From contig NC_067402.1 in NCBI RefSeq assembly GCF_016432865.1, forward strand, positions 16,306,001-16,370,000: a stretch of DNA of 64,000 nucleotides. Direction: 5' to 3'. The notes below the pieces were generated by a model. That model was given only the letters and a program-made list of their open reading frames with translations, was not told the origin of the DNA and did no database searches. Numbering within the stretch: position 1 is the first letter of the stretch; each line of letters begins with the position of its first letter. Made by a program: the position numbers and the translations under genes. The DNA is from Antechinus flavipes (lineage: Eukaryota). This document shows positions 10,464 to 21,200 of the stretch, piece by piece.

Positions 10464-11236
10464 TCACAGATGGGTCAGTTTGGGCGCCTCCTGAATTCTT
10501 CCCTGAGAAGGATGGTGAGCTGTAAGGTCTGTGTAGGTGGGGTGGGGCTCACAAGGTCCATGATGATGGTTATTGGCGATGGGCCCGGGCCCCCCATAGT
10601 CCATGTTGGCTGAGACAGGATGGGGCAGATGAGTCAGACCAAAGATGGAAGACCCGGAATTACTCATGGGCTCCACATAGTTGCCCCCCACGAAGACGGG
10701 GCTTCCCTGTAAGTGTGGGGTCCCATAACTACCGTTGCCTTGGAGGGGGTGAGGGTCGTAATCTGGAGTGACCGAGGCAGTCCCCGAATACCGCTTCTGA
10801 GGAGGTGGGCAGCTGTTAAGGGCAGCTGGGTAGGAGTTGGGGAGGCCATAGGCGTTCTGATGAGGCTTGCTAAAGGCCGGGGGCGACTGGGGCTCGTAGG
10901 GGACACTGTTGACCAGAGAATGCATAGAGTTCAGGTACCCTCCGGCACCAGAAGGCACCGGGCTGCGGCTGGGGGACTGCCCCCCAGAGGACGTCATCAT
11001 GCCCTTGCCTTTCTGATCCTTTTTATATTTCATCCTGCGGTTCTGAAACCAGATTTTGATCTGTCTCTCGGTAAGGTTGAGCAAGTTGGCCATCTCGACC
11101 CTCCTGGGCCTACACAGATACCTATTGAAGTGGAATTCCTTCTCCAGCTCCACCAGCTGGGCACTTGTGTAAGCTGTTCGAGCCCTCTTGGAGGATGCTT
11201 GCCCCGGGGGGCTTTTATCGCCAGAGCAACTCTCAC
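10464..11236 (-). CDS. HOXA3: Homeobox A3, coding exon 2
   Basis: Acceptor gtAG|GT at 11237/11236. Encodes [74 protein letters not shown] through [10 protein letters not shown], stop TGA at 10464-10466. Confidence 0.98.
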
Positions 11237-12857
11237 CTACACAAATCACACACAAAGAAGAGGATGAGTACTCTGGAGCCAGAGAGCCCCCAGCCCCTGC
11301 ACTCTGAGCCATTGAACATGGGCCTCCCCCTGGACCACCGGGAGGTGATTAGAACAGCTGGTCCAGAGAGGTGCTCTCCTTCATGGCCTGCTTTTCTCTG
11401 CTCCCACCCCCTGCTGCTCACCTTCCAGACCCCGGGAGGGCTCCAGCAACCTAAACTGAAAGGACACACAAATACCCCCCCCTTCCAAACGAGGTGACAA
11501 AGTCCTTTCTCTTGGGGGTTTTAAGGGAAACAGATGGTTTTGGAAAGGGTGAGAGGAAAATGTGAAACAGACAACTGAAACGGGTGAAATTCAGTGTAGT
11601 GTAAAATTCATCTTCATCCTTCAAGATGAAAAGGAAGCCTCCCCCCAAAGAAAAGTTTCCCCCTCCTTCACTAAGAGGAAAGCCTGCTGTAAGTCTCTCT
11701 TCAGTTTCCTCAGATCTCCAATGCTCCAAGCACATATAGTGAGGGTGAGGACATCCAAGTGGAAATGCTTGAAAGAAAGGCCCTGAAGCATCCTGAGTAC
11801 TGGAGAAGATCTGTTAGAGAGTACAATTTGCCCTTTCCTTGAATGGCTATCATATACCTAGAAAATCAGTGGGGGTGGGGTGGTCGACTTTAGCTGGGAG
11901 ACATGTGGCAGGGAGGTATCATTCCAGACTTTCCCAAGCTTTTCCTTACACTCACACTCTTCCTGGGCACCCCCAAGGCATCCCCAGTCAGATATGGTTT
12001 GTTCCAGGTTTAGAACTACTTCAAGCAACAGCTGGAAAGGGGGCAGATGTAAACAAGATGCCTGAAAGCTACAGCTAGGGCTCTTTCATCCACTGGGGTT
12101 TGTATCACTCAGGCCCATGTGGTTCACATTAAGATGACAAACACCATAATCTCCCACCCCTCCGCCTTCTTCTTTTTTTTTTTTTTCCCAAGGCCTGACT
12201 TTATTGTGCTAACACAGAGCATGGGTTCACTAGAACTGTGTAAATCAGACCTTCAACCCACTGGGGCAAAAATAGCATCTGATTATAAGCGAAGCATTGA
12301 TTCTGACTGCAGGTGATCATGAGCCATTTTATTGGAGTTACACTTCAGCCCTGGGTCACTATCTTATTATATGCAATCTGTGCCAAAAAGAAAAAAAGAA
12401 AGCGAGGGAGAAAAAAAGAGAGAGAGTATGACTCAGGATGGTCTTCTGGCTAAGGGCCCAAGTCTCAGGCCTCCAGAGATACATCAGAACTCAACAGAAA
12501 GATGAGGGATGGAGCCAGATTTCTATTCTTAACTTGGAAAGCCTGCCCTGACCATCACCAAGATTCTAGAAAGGAAGAATGGTACCCTAGAGTCAGTTTT
12601 CTTTGAGATATATACTAGAGAACCACACCCTTGGGGAAGGAAATCTGAAAAGTTTATGGGAAAACCAAACCCCCAGGGTGAGGAGAATCCCAGAGCACAG
12701 GAGGCTTTATGCTGCCCTGTGTTCCTCTCTCAGCCAGACTGGTTCTGGATCAGGGAAGAGGAGAGGAAGGGAAAGAGGAAGCCGTGTGAAGAAGGGGAGC
12801 TTGGTGGGGGGAAAGAGGCAGGTGAGCACCATCCCTTGCCTTGCCAACAATGGTTAC

Positions 12858-13416
12858 CTGAACTGGAGCTGCTGTTTTTCTGTTTTGTGTTTTGACGAGA
12901 CTCTTTCATCCAAGGAAAGATTTGTTTGGACATGGTAGGCGAATTGAGCATGGGACTCTTGGTGGGGGCTGGATTGCTGCTGGCATTTTGAGGTGGCGAG
13001 ACAGAGGGAGGGGGCTGTGAGGACGATGGAGCCGAGGGAACAGGGGGCTGAGCCGGCTGCTGGGGCTGTTGGGAAGATGGTGGTGGAGCCTGCTGCTGCA
13101 GGGGCTGCTGCTGGGGCTGCTGGGGCTGCTGCAGGGGCTGTGGCGGAGGCTGTTGGGATTCGGCAAGGCCCTGAGCCTGGCCACCTTGGGCCCCGATGGT
13201 TCTCATACAGCTCTCGTTGATGTCATTGGCCTTGTGGCGGGCCACGGCGCTGCCGGGGGACTGCAGGGAGCAGGCCGGGCGATGGTACTCGCTTTCCACC
13301 AGCGCCGAAGGCGGAGGATATTGCTGATGACTCGCATTATAAGTGAAACCGTTTGCTCCTTGGTATGGGTAGCCGCCGTAGATTGCCGAACTGTCGTAGT
13401 AGGTCGCTTTTTGCAT
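12858..13416 (-). CDS. HOXA3: Homeobox A3, coding exon 1
   Basis: [19 protein letters not shown]...[17 protein letters not shown]. Donor CAG|GTAACC at 12858/12857. Exons of 559+773 nt give 443 aa. Confidence 0.98.
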
Positions 13417-13478
13417 TTCGTTGTATCCCAGTATTTATTTCACACACTGACAGGGTCTTGACACCCTTGAAGCCGAAC

Positions 13479-13540
13479 ATTGGCACCCCCCTCCGTCACG
13501 TGACGTTCCTCTGCCAATGGCCGCCCCCGACAGACCTGGG
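13479..13540 (-). promoter_or_regulatory. HOXA3 proximal CCAAT / E-box / CCAAT module and 5' UTR splice acceptor
   Basis: Palindrome GTCACGTGAC at 13495-13504, flanked by ATTGG (13479-13483) and CCAAT (13514-13518). Minus-strand acceptor cccAG|GTCTG at 13536/13535 with a pyrimidine tract. Confidence 0.6.
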
Positions 13541-14085
13541 GGTGGGGGGGAGAGATGAGAAGCGCAGCGCGGTGAGGGCTCAGTACAAATCCATCTTACT
13601 TTCAATAGCTAAGTGACATGAAAGCCATAGAAGAAAAAGTGGTCAGCAATATTTAGCAGCATGACTTGGCCCGGGGCGCAGGGAGCCGAGCTATAAAAAG
13701 CCGCTGGCATTTACTGGCAGCTTCCAATATTTGGTTAGCTTGGGCCTGGACTTGAGGGGTTTTCCAAAGCAATGGGGTCTGGGGGTCGGAGCGGGCACAG
13801 GCTTTGCGCTCGCCTCCTCTCTCGATTCCATCCCCCAGCCAAGAAGGCACTGGGACGATTGGGGTCTCCCTCTGCCAGAGATGGAGGACCCAGAGAGCCA
13901 CAATCTTAGCCCCTTCCTTTCCCACCTCCTCTGGCCGGTCGTTGTCACCCTCGGCCTTTGGGGAGGTGCTAGGGGCCCAAAGGGGCTATTAGCTAGCCAG
14001 TCCTAGGGACAAGACTTCTATTTCCCAAAGAGATCAGCACCGGTTCTTGCTCTCTTCTTGCCACGTCTCCTCCTGCACATTCGCA

Positions 14086-14086
<1 letters not shown>

Positions 14087-14120
<34 letters not shown>
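14087..14120. repeat. (AC)17 microsatellite
   Basis: Read directly. Confidence 0.95.
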
Positions 14121-14122
<2 letters not shown>

Positions 14123-16260
14123 AAAGTTATGATTGTCTTTTTGGTATTCGAGGAAACCAACACTTGCAAGCCCAGACCAATTTCAAAGCTCTCCTATTTA
14201 CCGCCTTCTTCACCTAAACTAACCCTCTTGGACTTTAGGTCTCCACATCCCTCGGGGAAATTGAAAGGAATATAGGGAAAAACACCAACAAAACCCACTC
14301 CTCTCCCATCCCCGTCAAATCTCGATTCTAACTCGGAGGCTGATCTTTTCAGCCTGGATCCCTGCTCCCAGATATCTTGGACTCAGCAAGCACCCCAGAG
14401 CTATCTTCCAAAGCAAAAGGCACCCCATCCCTGCCTCCCAGGAATGTCTGAGGTGCTGGCTTTTTCATGGCACCTACCAAATTCTACCTGTTAAAACATG
14501 ATGGATTAGAGGGGGGAAACCCACCAGGAACCTGAAAAACCAGCGTTCATCTCCATGACCACCGCTTGAACTTTCCTTCCAACTTAACGATAATAGGCTC
14601 TGTCTTGGAAACTGCTATGTAATTTGATGTATGGGGGTCATTTGGCTCGGGAAGAGGGGATGGAAAGACAAACCAGAAATCACTCCTTCAGTTCCTCAGT
14701 CGTTTTTGTTGTTTTCAAAGCTGTTTGCTAACTCCACTACTTTACCTGCCTCTCAATAACCAATTAAAGAAGGCACACTAGAGTTAAGCAGCATCTGAGA
14801 TTTGGAGTGAAGAGAGTTCTCTGGGAACTGAGATCCAGAGAGTTTCTTTGGATTTCCAGTCTTAAATCTAATCTCTCGTTACCAGCTCAGAAAAGTTTCA
14901 CCCTTACTGCATACATGTGCAAATACACACGTATTTACACACACAGAGACACACACAATATTAATGCTATTTTCTCTATGGCACTTAAAAAAAAGTAATC
15001 ATGAACTATTTGTGGACAGTTGCAGGCCTAACCGTATATATTTGCATTCTAAGTTGTGCAGGATTACAAGGGAATAGCAGGCACTTTGTTAGCTCAAAAA
15101 AAAAAAATTCCATCTATCAGTGGGTGAATCTGATTTCGTTTTTAATAATCTGCTCCTTTGGATTTTATTATTAAACCAACAATCTGATCAACATCTGGAA
15201 AGCAGGCACAATTAATTCTCCAGTACCTCAATTAAAAATTACAGCGTCTCCTACCCAAAGTGATTGTATGGGAGCCCTAGGCTCTGGAGTATTGTTTAGC
15301 CCTTGGAAATAAATGAGAAGATCCAGATAGCACAACTGGAAGAAAATCAAATCTTAAATAATAGTGTAGAAGCCAGTGGTGAATTTAATATCACAATTTC
15401 CTGTTCTCCTACTGAAAAGGGTTCCTATTCCATTTGACAGTGTTAATGTCTAACATTGTAAATATTTTAGATACCAGGCTTGTGTTAAATACAATGTCAG
15501 GTTAAGAAAATCACTCCAGACACTTGAACAGCAAGATATTAGATAAAACAAAATTAAGTTGATTTTGAAAGTGCAATACTTCAAGTGACTTGCTAATCCA
15601 TTATCCCAAGCCAGATCGGGCTCCTGCTTAACTTCAAGGCTTTCACGAAGTTGTGTACTGCTTGCTTAAAATTCAGAGAAAAACAACCACCCGACTCCTA
15701 AAAGATGTGCAGTCACTCCCCAGGTCCAACCCCAAAGTGATCCCCATTGTCTAAGGACCCCAGGCAACCCTCGGGCCCAAACAAGCTCTCCCCAAGTTTG
15801 CTTCCTAATGAAGTTGGAGGTCAGTCTGGCAGGAGGTTCTCCCTCCACCCCAAAGACAAAGGCTTTCAGCAAAGATTCCAACGCATAAAAAGAAAATAAA
15901 TACAATCTATTTCTGGGCCATACCCAGGTGCAGCTGAGCAGAAATCGAGTCAGAGGCTAAATGGACTGCATGGAACAGCCCCTATTGTCTACCTTTTAGA
16001 TCTGGCCAAATTCAGGCTCCTTTCTCCCCTGCCTCCTTGCTCTCCTGCTCCCCCCCCCTCCCAAGCTCTCACCCCAGATCAGAAGGGGGAAGCCAGGTGA
16101 GAGCCCCCACAAGTGCCCACTGTCCCCACGAAAAAGAAAAGTTAAGGGAAGAGGAAAAGTGGGCATGGGAGGTGGGGGTGGGGGGGCGGGGGTGGGGGGA
16201 AACGGCCTGAACTCGAAGTCTAAGGGTATCAGTCACTGCCTGCGAGGAAGCTGCAGCTTG

Positions 16261-16277
16261 TGAACTCTTCATGAACC
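16261..16277 (-). promoter_or_regulatory. DR5 retinoic-acid response element 5' of HOXA3
   Basis: Minus strand GGTTCA-tgaag-AGTTCA, a consensus RAR/RXR DR5. A Pbx/Hox TGATTTATGG lies at 16295-16304. Confidence 0.8.
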
Positions 16278-16337
16278 GAGATTTAAGTCTGTGGCCATAA
16301 ATCACCGAGACACAAACTCCGCCATTCAGCACTGATA

Positions 16338-16366
16338 GCGGCGGCGGCGGCGGCGGCGGCGGCGGC
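16338..16366. repeat. (GCG)9 trinucleotide repeat
   Basis: Read directly. Confidence 0.9.
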
Positions 16367-17894
16367 CTGTGGCCCAGCTTACCTTAACTTCTGACGACGG
16401 ACGCGGAAGGAGGCGGGCACCCTCCTCCCGTGCTCCGGGCCGGCTGCCCCGGCCCAGGTCCCCTCCGGCTCGGTCGGGATGGGCACCAGCTCCAGGCATC
16501 AGCCGCCGGGAGGAAGACCCCGGAGCCCAGGCGCGAGGAGAGGCGTGACTCCACTCGCTGCTCCTGCACTACTCGCCGAGGGCTGGCAGGGGCGGCTCGG
16601 ACCCCCCCTCCCCCACCCCACCCCCTCCCCTAGCACCCCCTCCCTGCCCTTCCTGAGGGCGGCAGCCGGGGCCCCGAGATAAGAGCTACCGCCGGGCTTT
16701 GGCTAGGGTAGTGGCACCGAGATGGGTATGTTTCTTATGAATATTACACGCGGAGCAGCAGCGTCTGGTCGGGGTGGGGGTGGGGGTGGGATGGGGGGTG
16801 GGGGAGAGGCAAAGCCGACTGGGGAAGCGCGGGCCGGAGTGGGGGGATGGGGATCGAGGGAGCTGAGGAGTAAGGAGAGAGGGAGTGAACGAGGAAAGGA
16901 GGGCAGCCTCCCCCACCCCCACCTCCTCATCCCCACCCCCTCCCCGCTCTGAGGCGTCACTAAAGTCCAGGAAAATTATGCTAATGAAGACAAACAGCTC
17001 TCACAAAGGGGCTTTCTCACCAGGGTCTTTATTTCTTATGAATCTGTTGGAGAAACCTCCTAAGATAGCGCTCGGCCATGGAGGGGGGCGGAGAAGAGCT
17101 AGGGTGGGGGACACCAAAGTTTCCCCGACACTAAGTGGTTAACTTCCGAAGCAAGATGTTCTCCCGGCCCCCTGCACCATCCCCAACTTCCAGGGAAAGA
17201 GAGGTGGGCCTCCATTTCCCCAGCTTTTACCCAGGGTTGCCAGGGGGTCAGACAGAGTCCTGTTAGGTCAATCATTGGCTCTCGCTCGATTCGATTGTAT
17301 TTTTACATAGGAAGGATTTGAGCAGTTTCAGCCTCAGGAGGAGTAGGGAGCTGGGGGTGTGGGGGGGAGGGAAGGCAGATTTCCACGCCGATCCGGCCGC
17401 CGTGCCCGGAATGGGGCTCATCTAGACTCCCGCCCGTGCGGGCCCGGTGTCTAAACTCTCCTGCAATTTACCGCTTAAGGGCAGCGTGTCAAAGATGGGG
17501 TGGGATCGCACCGGTCCCAGCGCGAGCTCCCAGCAATTCTTTCCAATTGGGGGGCAGGGGGAGGAGAGCGTGGGGATGCACTTCTGCTAGTGTGTCCCCT
17601 TCAGAGTGGACACTCCCGGCACCCTCCCCTCCGCAACGTGCCTCAGACTGAGCAGGGGATTCGAGAGGGACCCCAGAAAGCCGGTCTCTGTGGGCCTGCT
17701 GGGTGTCCTAAGTGGCGGCAAGGGAGAAATGGAGATTTTGCGTAATTCCGAGGCGTCAGCGGTCCCATCCTGCTCAAAGGAAGGTGTTAAAAATATAAAT
17801 AGTATGTTTAAACTCGCGAGGAGCCAAAGTGTCACCTTAGAGCCCAAACAAAGCCGGGGGAAAGGGAGCAGAGCTAAAGCGCTCTCAGGCCAGG

Positions 17895-18206
17895 GCGGCC
17901 GCTCATGCATACCAATGGTTTTTTGTCATTTATGGCCAGGCAAGATTTATGACTTCATGCACCAAAGCTGTAAACAGAGAACTAAAACAGAAAACACTTG
18001 CTCCTTATGGCATATTGCGACGGCCCAACATGAAAGGAGAAGCCGGGTCGCGTAGGAGGCGAGGCGAGAGGGGGCCGAAAAATCCGCTGGCCTGCATTTT
18101 CTCTTCAAGCCATCAGCCCACCCCCAGGTTGGATGTTTCCCTGGAAGAAAAGAGGCTAGGTCAATAATCAACCCCGCACTTTCTCCTCCAAACTGCTGAT
18201 GCGACT
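17895..18206. promoter_or_regulatory. HOXA3 rhombomere 5/6 enhancer (MafB/kreisler KrA site, Hox/Pbx and Prep/Meis sites)
   Basis: TTGTCA at 17923-17928, AGATTTATGA at 17943-17952, TGATTATTGA (minus) at 18161-18170, and CGCACTTTCTCCTCCAAACTGCTGATGCGACT at 18175-18206. These match the mouse KrA and HOX/PBC-A/B elements as I recall them. Confidence 0.7.
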
Positions 18207-21200
18207 GGCTCCCCGTTTCCAGCTAAACTAGCTGCAGGGAACGAAAGGAAGGCTGCCAGAAACTTAGGGCAAGAAGAGGAGGACGCTAAGCAGCCGGGGC
18301 CGGGGTTAGAGGTGGGAGAGGGCACAGAGATGTGCTGCTGTCGGAAAAGGGGGCTGGGGGGATGTCTCGACCTCCTCCGAGTTCTTTGGAAATAGAGCGG
18401 GCCATGAGAAGACTCTAGAAAGTCCACTCCCGAGACTAAGCTAGGTACTTTTAACCCGGAGAGCTTTAAAAAAAAAAAAAATCTGCCTGGGAAGGAGGGA
18501 ATCTCAAATAGATAGCCTGGGATCGGGGGGCAGCTTTCAGCCTCCCCGGCGCACCTCCGAAGCAGCAGAATAGGGCTCCGGGGCACACAAAGGTGCTTCC
18601 TTCGTTGACTTTTTCTGCTCGGGCCAGTGGTGGGCCATAGGCGTGGAAGGGGGCGAGGTGAGCTGGCATCTCGGGAAGAAGGCGGCCAGAGATGCAAAAA
18701 AAGACGCCCCTCCTCGGGTCACTTAAAAAAACGGATACTTTGAAAGGATGGATGGTGGATTTCTAACAATCATTTGGTTCGTTCGTGCTTGGGGGGGGTT
18801 TTACGTCGCCATTGGTTTGGGTTTTATTTATTTGGAAACAACAACGACCAAAATAAAAGCAATCGCCTTGAAAAGATTTATCGGCTCAGAGATTCTCCTC
18901 CTCTCCCCACCCCACCAGTCCCTGGCTGGGCTCTGATCTCGCAAAGCCCAATTTGTTTCGCGTCTGTTTTCTGCCCTTTTCTCTCGAGCTTTCTGGCGAA
19001 TTCAAAACCGGCTTCCCCTTTCCCTGAGAAACAAGCTGAATTAGGGAATTCCAAACCTTTTCGCCCGGCCTTGAGACTGAGAAAGCTACAATTGCTGGGC
19101 TCTGGAAGAGTAGGAAAGCAAACTTCTCCGAGAAGATTGAGACCGCTTCCAATCTTCTATTCGGGGTTTCATCTGCAATGGGACAAAGCTCCTGGGAGAG
19201 GAATTTCCCCATGAAGCTAAGAAGCGCTTCCTTTTAGCCGTGGTCGGGATCCGAAAAGGGGGAGAGAGCAATTTTTGCTGGCAGGAATCGGGGATCGAAA
19301 TCCCACTCAGGGCAGGAAAACTCGGGCTGAGCTCAACATCCAGGTCATTCTTAAGAGAGGGGTGACGAGGCCGTGTCTAGAGGAAGGAGATTTTTTAATC
19401 TGCTCTGGCTGATCTCCTTCCCTTTTTCCTTTTCCCTTTTCCGGAGAAGCGAATTTTGTAAACTGATCTGCCGCTTTTTGTTCAGTGCGGATGCTCCCTT
19501 CCAGAGCCGGGAAGCAGAGTCTCATTTGATATCCATTCGACTCGCCAGCACTAAACAGATAATAAAGGACAGATCTACAAACCTCGCTTGCTCTCACTTT
19601 CTTCCTAGTGGAACTATATTATTTATGAGTCCTTAACTGGGTCAAAAACGCGCCCGAACTGGGTCATAAATCATAGGAAACGCTGACAAGTAATTGAACT
19701 GCAATTAAAGCTTACATTTTATTTTCAAGGGGCGTTTTAGGCCACTTAAAATAGCCGCTGTAAAACATGTTTACCTATGAAATCGGCAACGGGGAGCGGG
19801 TGAGCAGCCCCGCGTGATGGGGAGGAGGGAGAGACAGAAAATACCATTTAAGCTGGGAAACTTGATTAGACTTTTTTTTTTTTTTAATTGAGGATGAAAT
19901 GAAAAAGAAGGAAAGGGTTGCTTTTGGTCATTTTTACCTCCAGAGTCTGTTCTGATCTATCATCTCTTCCCTACAGCCAGGGGAGTATCAGAGGCAAACC
20001 TAGCTTCTTCATGAATCCCTAGATCGTTTGGGTCCCCAAAGCAAGCTTAGGACGGAGGTAGGGAAACTGCCCGAGAATTTGGGACAACCAGGTTAAGTTC
20101 CCCGAAGCAGCCTTCCCCGGGGTCTCTGCCAGGGACCTCGGAGCGCCATAAATCTTAGCTCGATTCTCGTCCTCTATCAGAGCTGGCTTCTGCCGCCTAC
20201 CCTAGCTTTTCATTTCATACTTCGACTGAGGACCTGGGGTCCAGGGCCTAAGGTCTATCAATTCAGTGTCTTCTGTGACCAGGAAAACAGGGACCGTGTC
20301 CTACTGTTCAAGGAGACTCCAGGGTCTCCAGGCTCCTCTACAGTTTTTAGGAGAAACCAAAGCTAGAGGCCCCTGTCCCCAACCCACCTATCCCTTTATT
20401 TTTCTATTACTCTCTCTGCAAAGATGAGACTGTCCTATTTCCCATCCCATCTCGGGGGCACAGAATAGAGAGAAGAATACAATGGAGTCTCTCTCCCCGA
20501 TTTGGACTTCCTCTGTACTGTTTCCAGGAAAGCGTGTGAGCCCAGCACCCGGATAGTAAACACAGTAGTGAGCCCCATCCCAGATAAGATGGAAGCAAAA
20601 CGACTGCACTCAGCCAGTTCCCTTTCCAGGCTCCACCAGCGACTGTAGGCACAGCCAGTCCATTCACCTCCAACAAAACGGACAAGAGGCCCCCCCTCAC
20701 CCCCACCCTTCAGACCCCCACTGGACAAACAAACCAACAAAAACCCAACTGTCCAGGCCTTAGCTTTAGGATCTTCCTTTCTCCCTCGGACTAGCTCCTG
20801 GAAGTAGAACACATTCTAGAAAGCACAGCAGAATGGAGGAGTCAAATAAGGCTCCTTTAGGGGATGAGGCCCACGGAGCAGCACCCAAATTTCTCCTCCA
20901 CCACCTACACACACACACACACTCTCCTGAAAAAGAAACTCTGGCTTTACTGGGGCTAACGGGGGAGTTCGGGACGGTTTTCAGTTCTGAACCAAGACAA
21001 AGGGGGAAAGAACAGGCCACTGCACTCTGCTCCGCGTACTCCCTTGAGCTTCCTGAGCTGACCTTTACCTCAATCAGCAATAATTTATCGAAGAAGCGAA
21101 CAATCAACGGAAATACCTTAAAACCAAATCCATCCTCCTCCTGCAGCCTCGCGTCCCATCAGCTCGGCAGTAATCTGTCCATGAGCCCTAAAATACCGCA

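Noticed and set aside
10713-11267. Antisense ORFs opposite the HOXA2, HOXA3, HOXA6 and HOXA7 exons
   Set aside because: These are the expected shadow ORFs of coding sequence, with no independent support.
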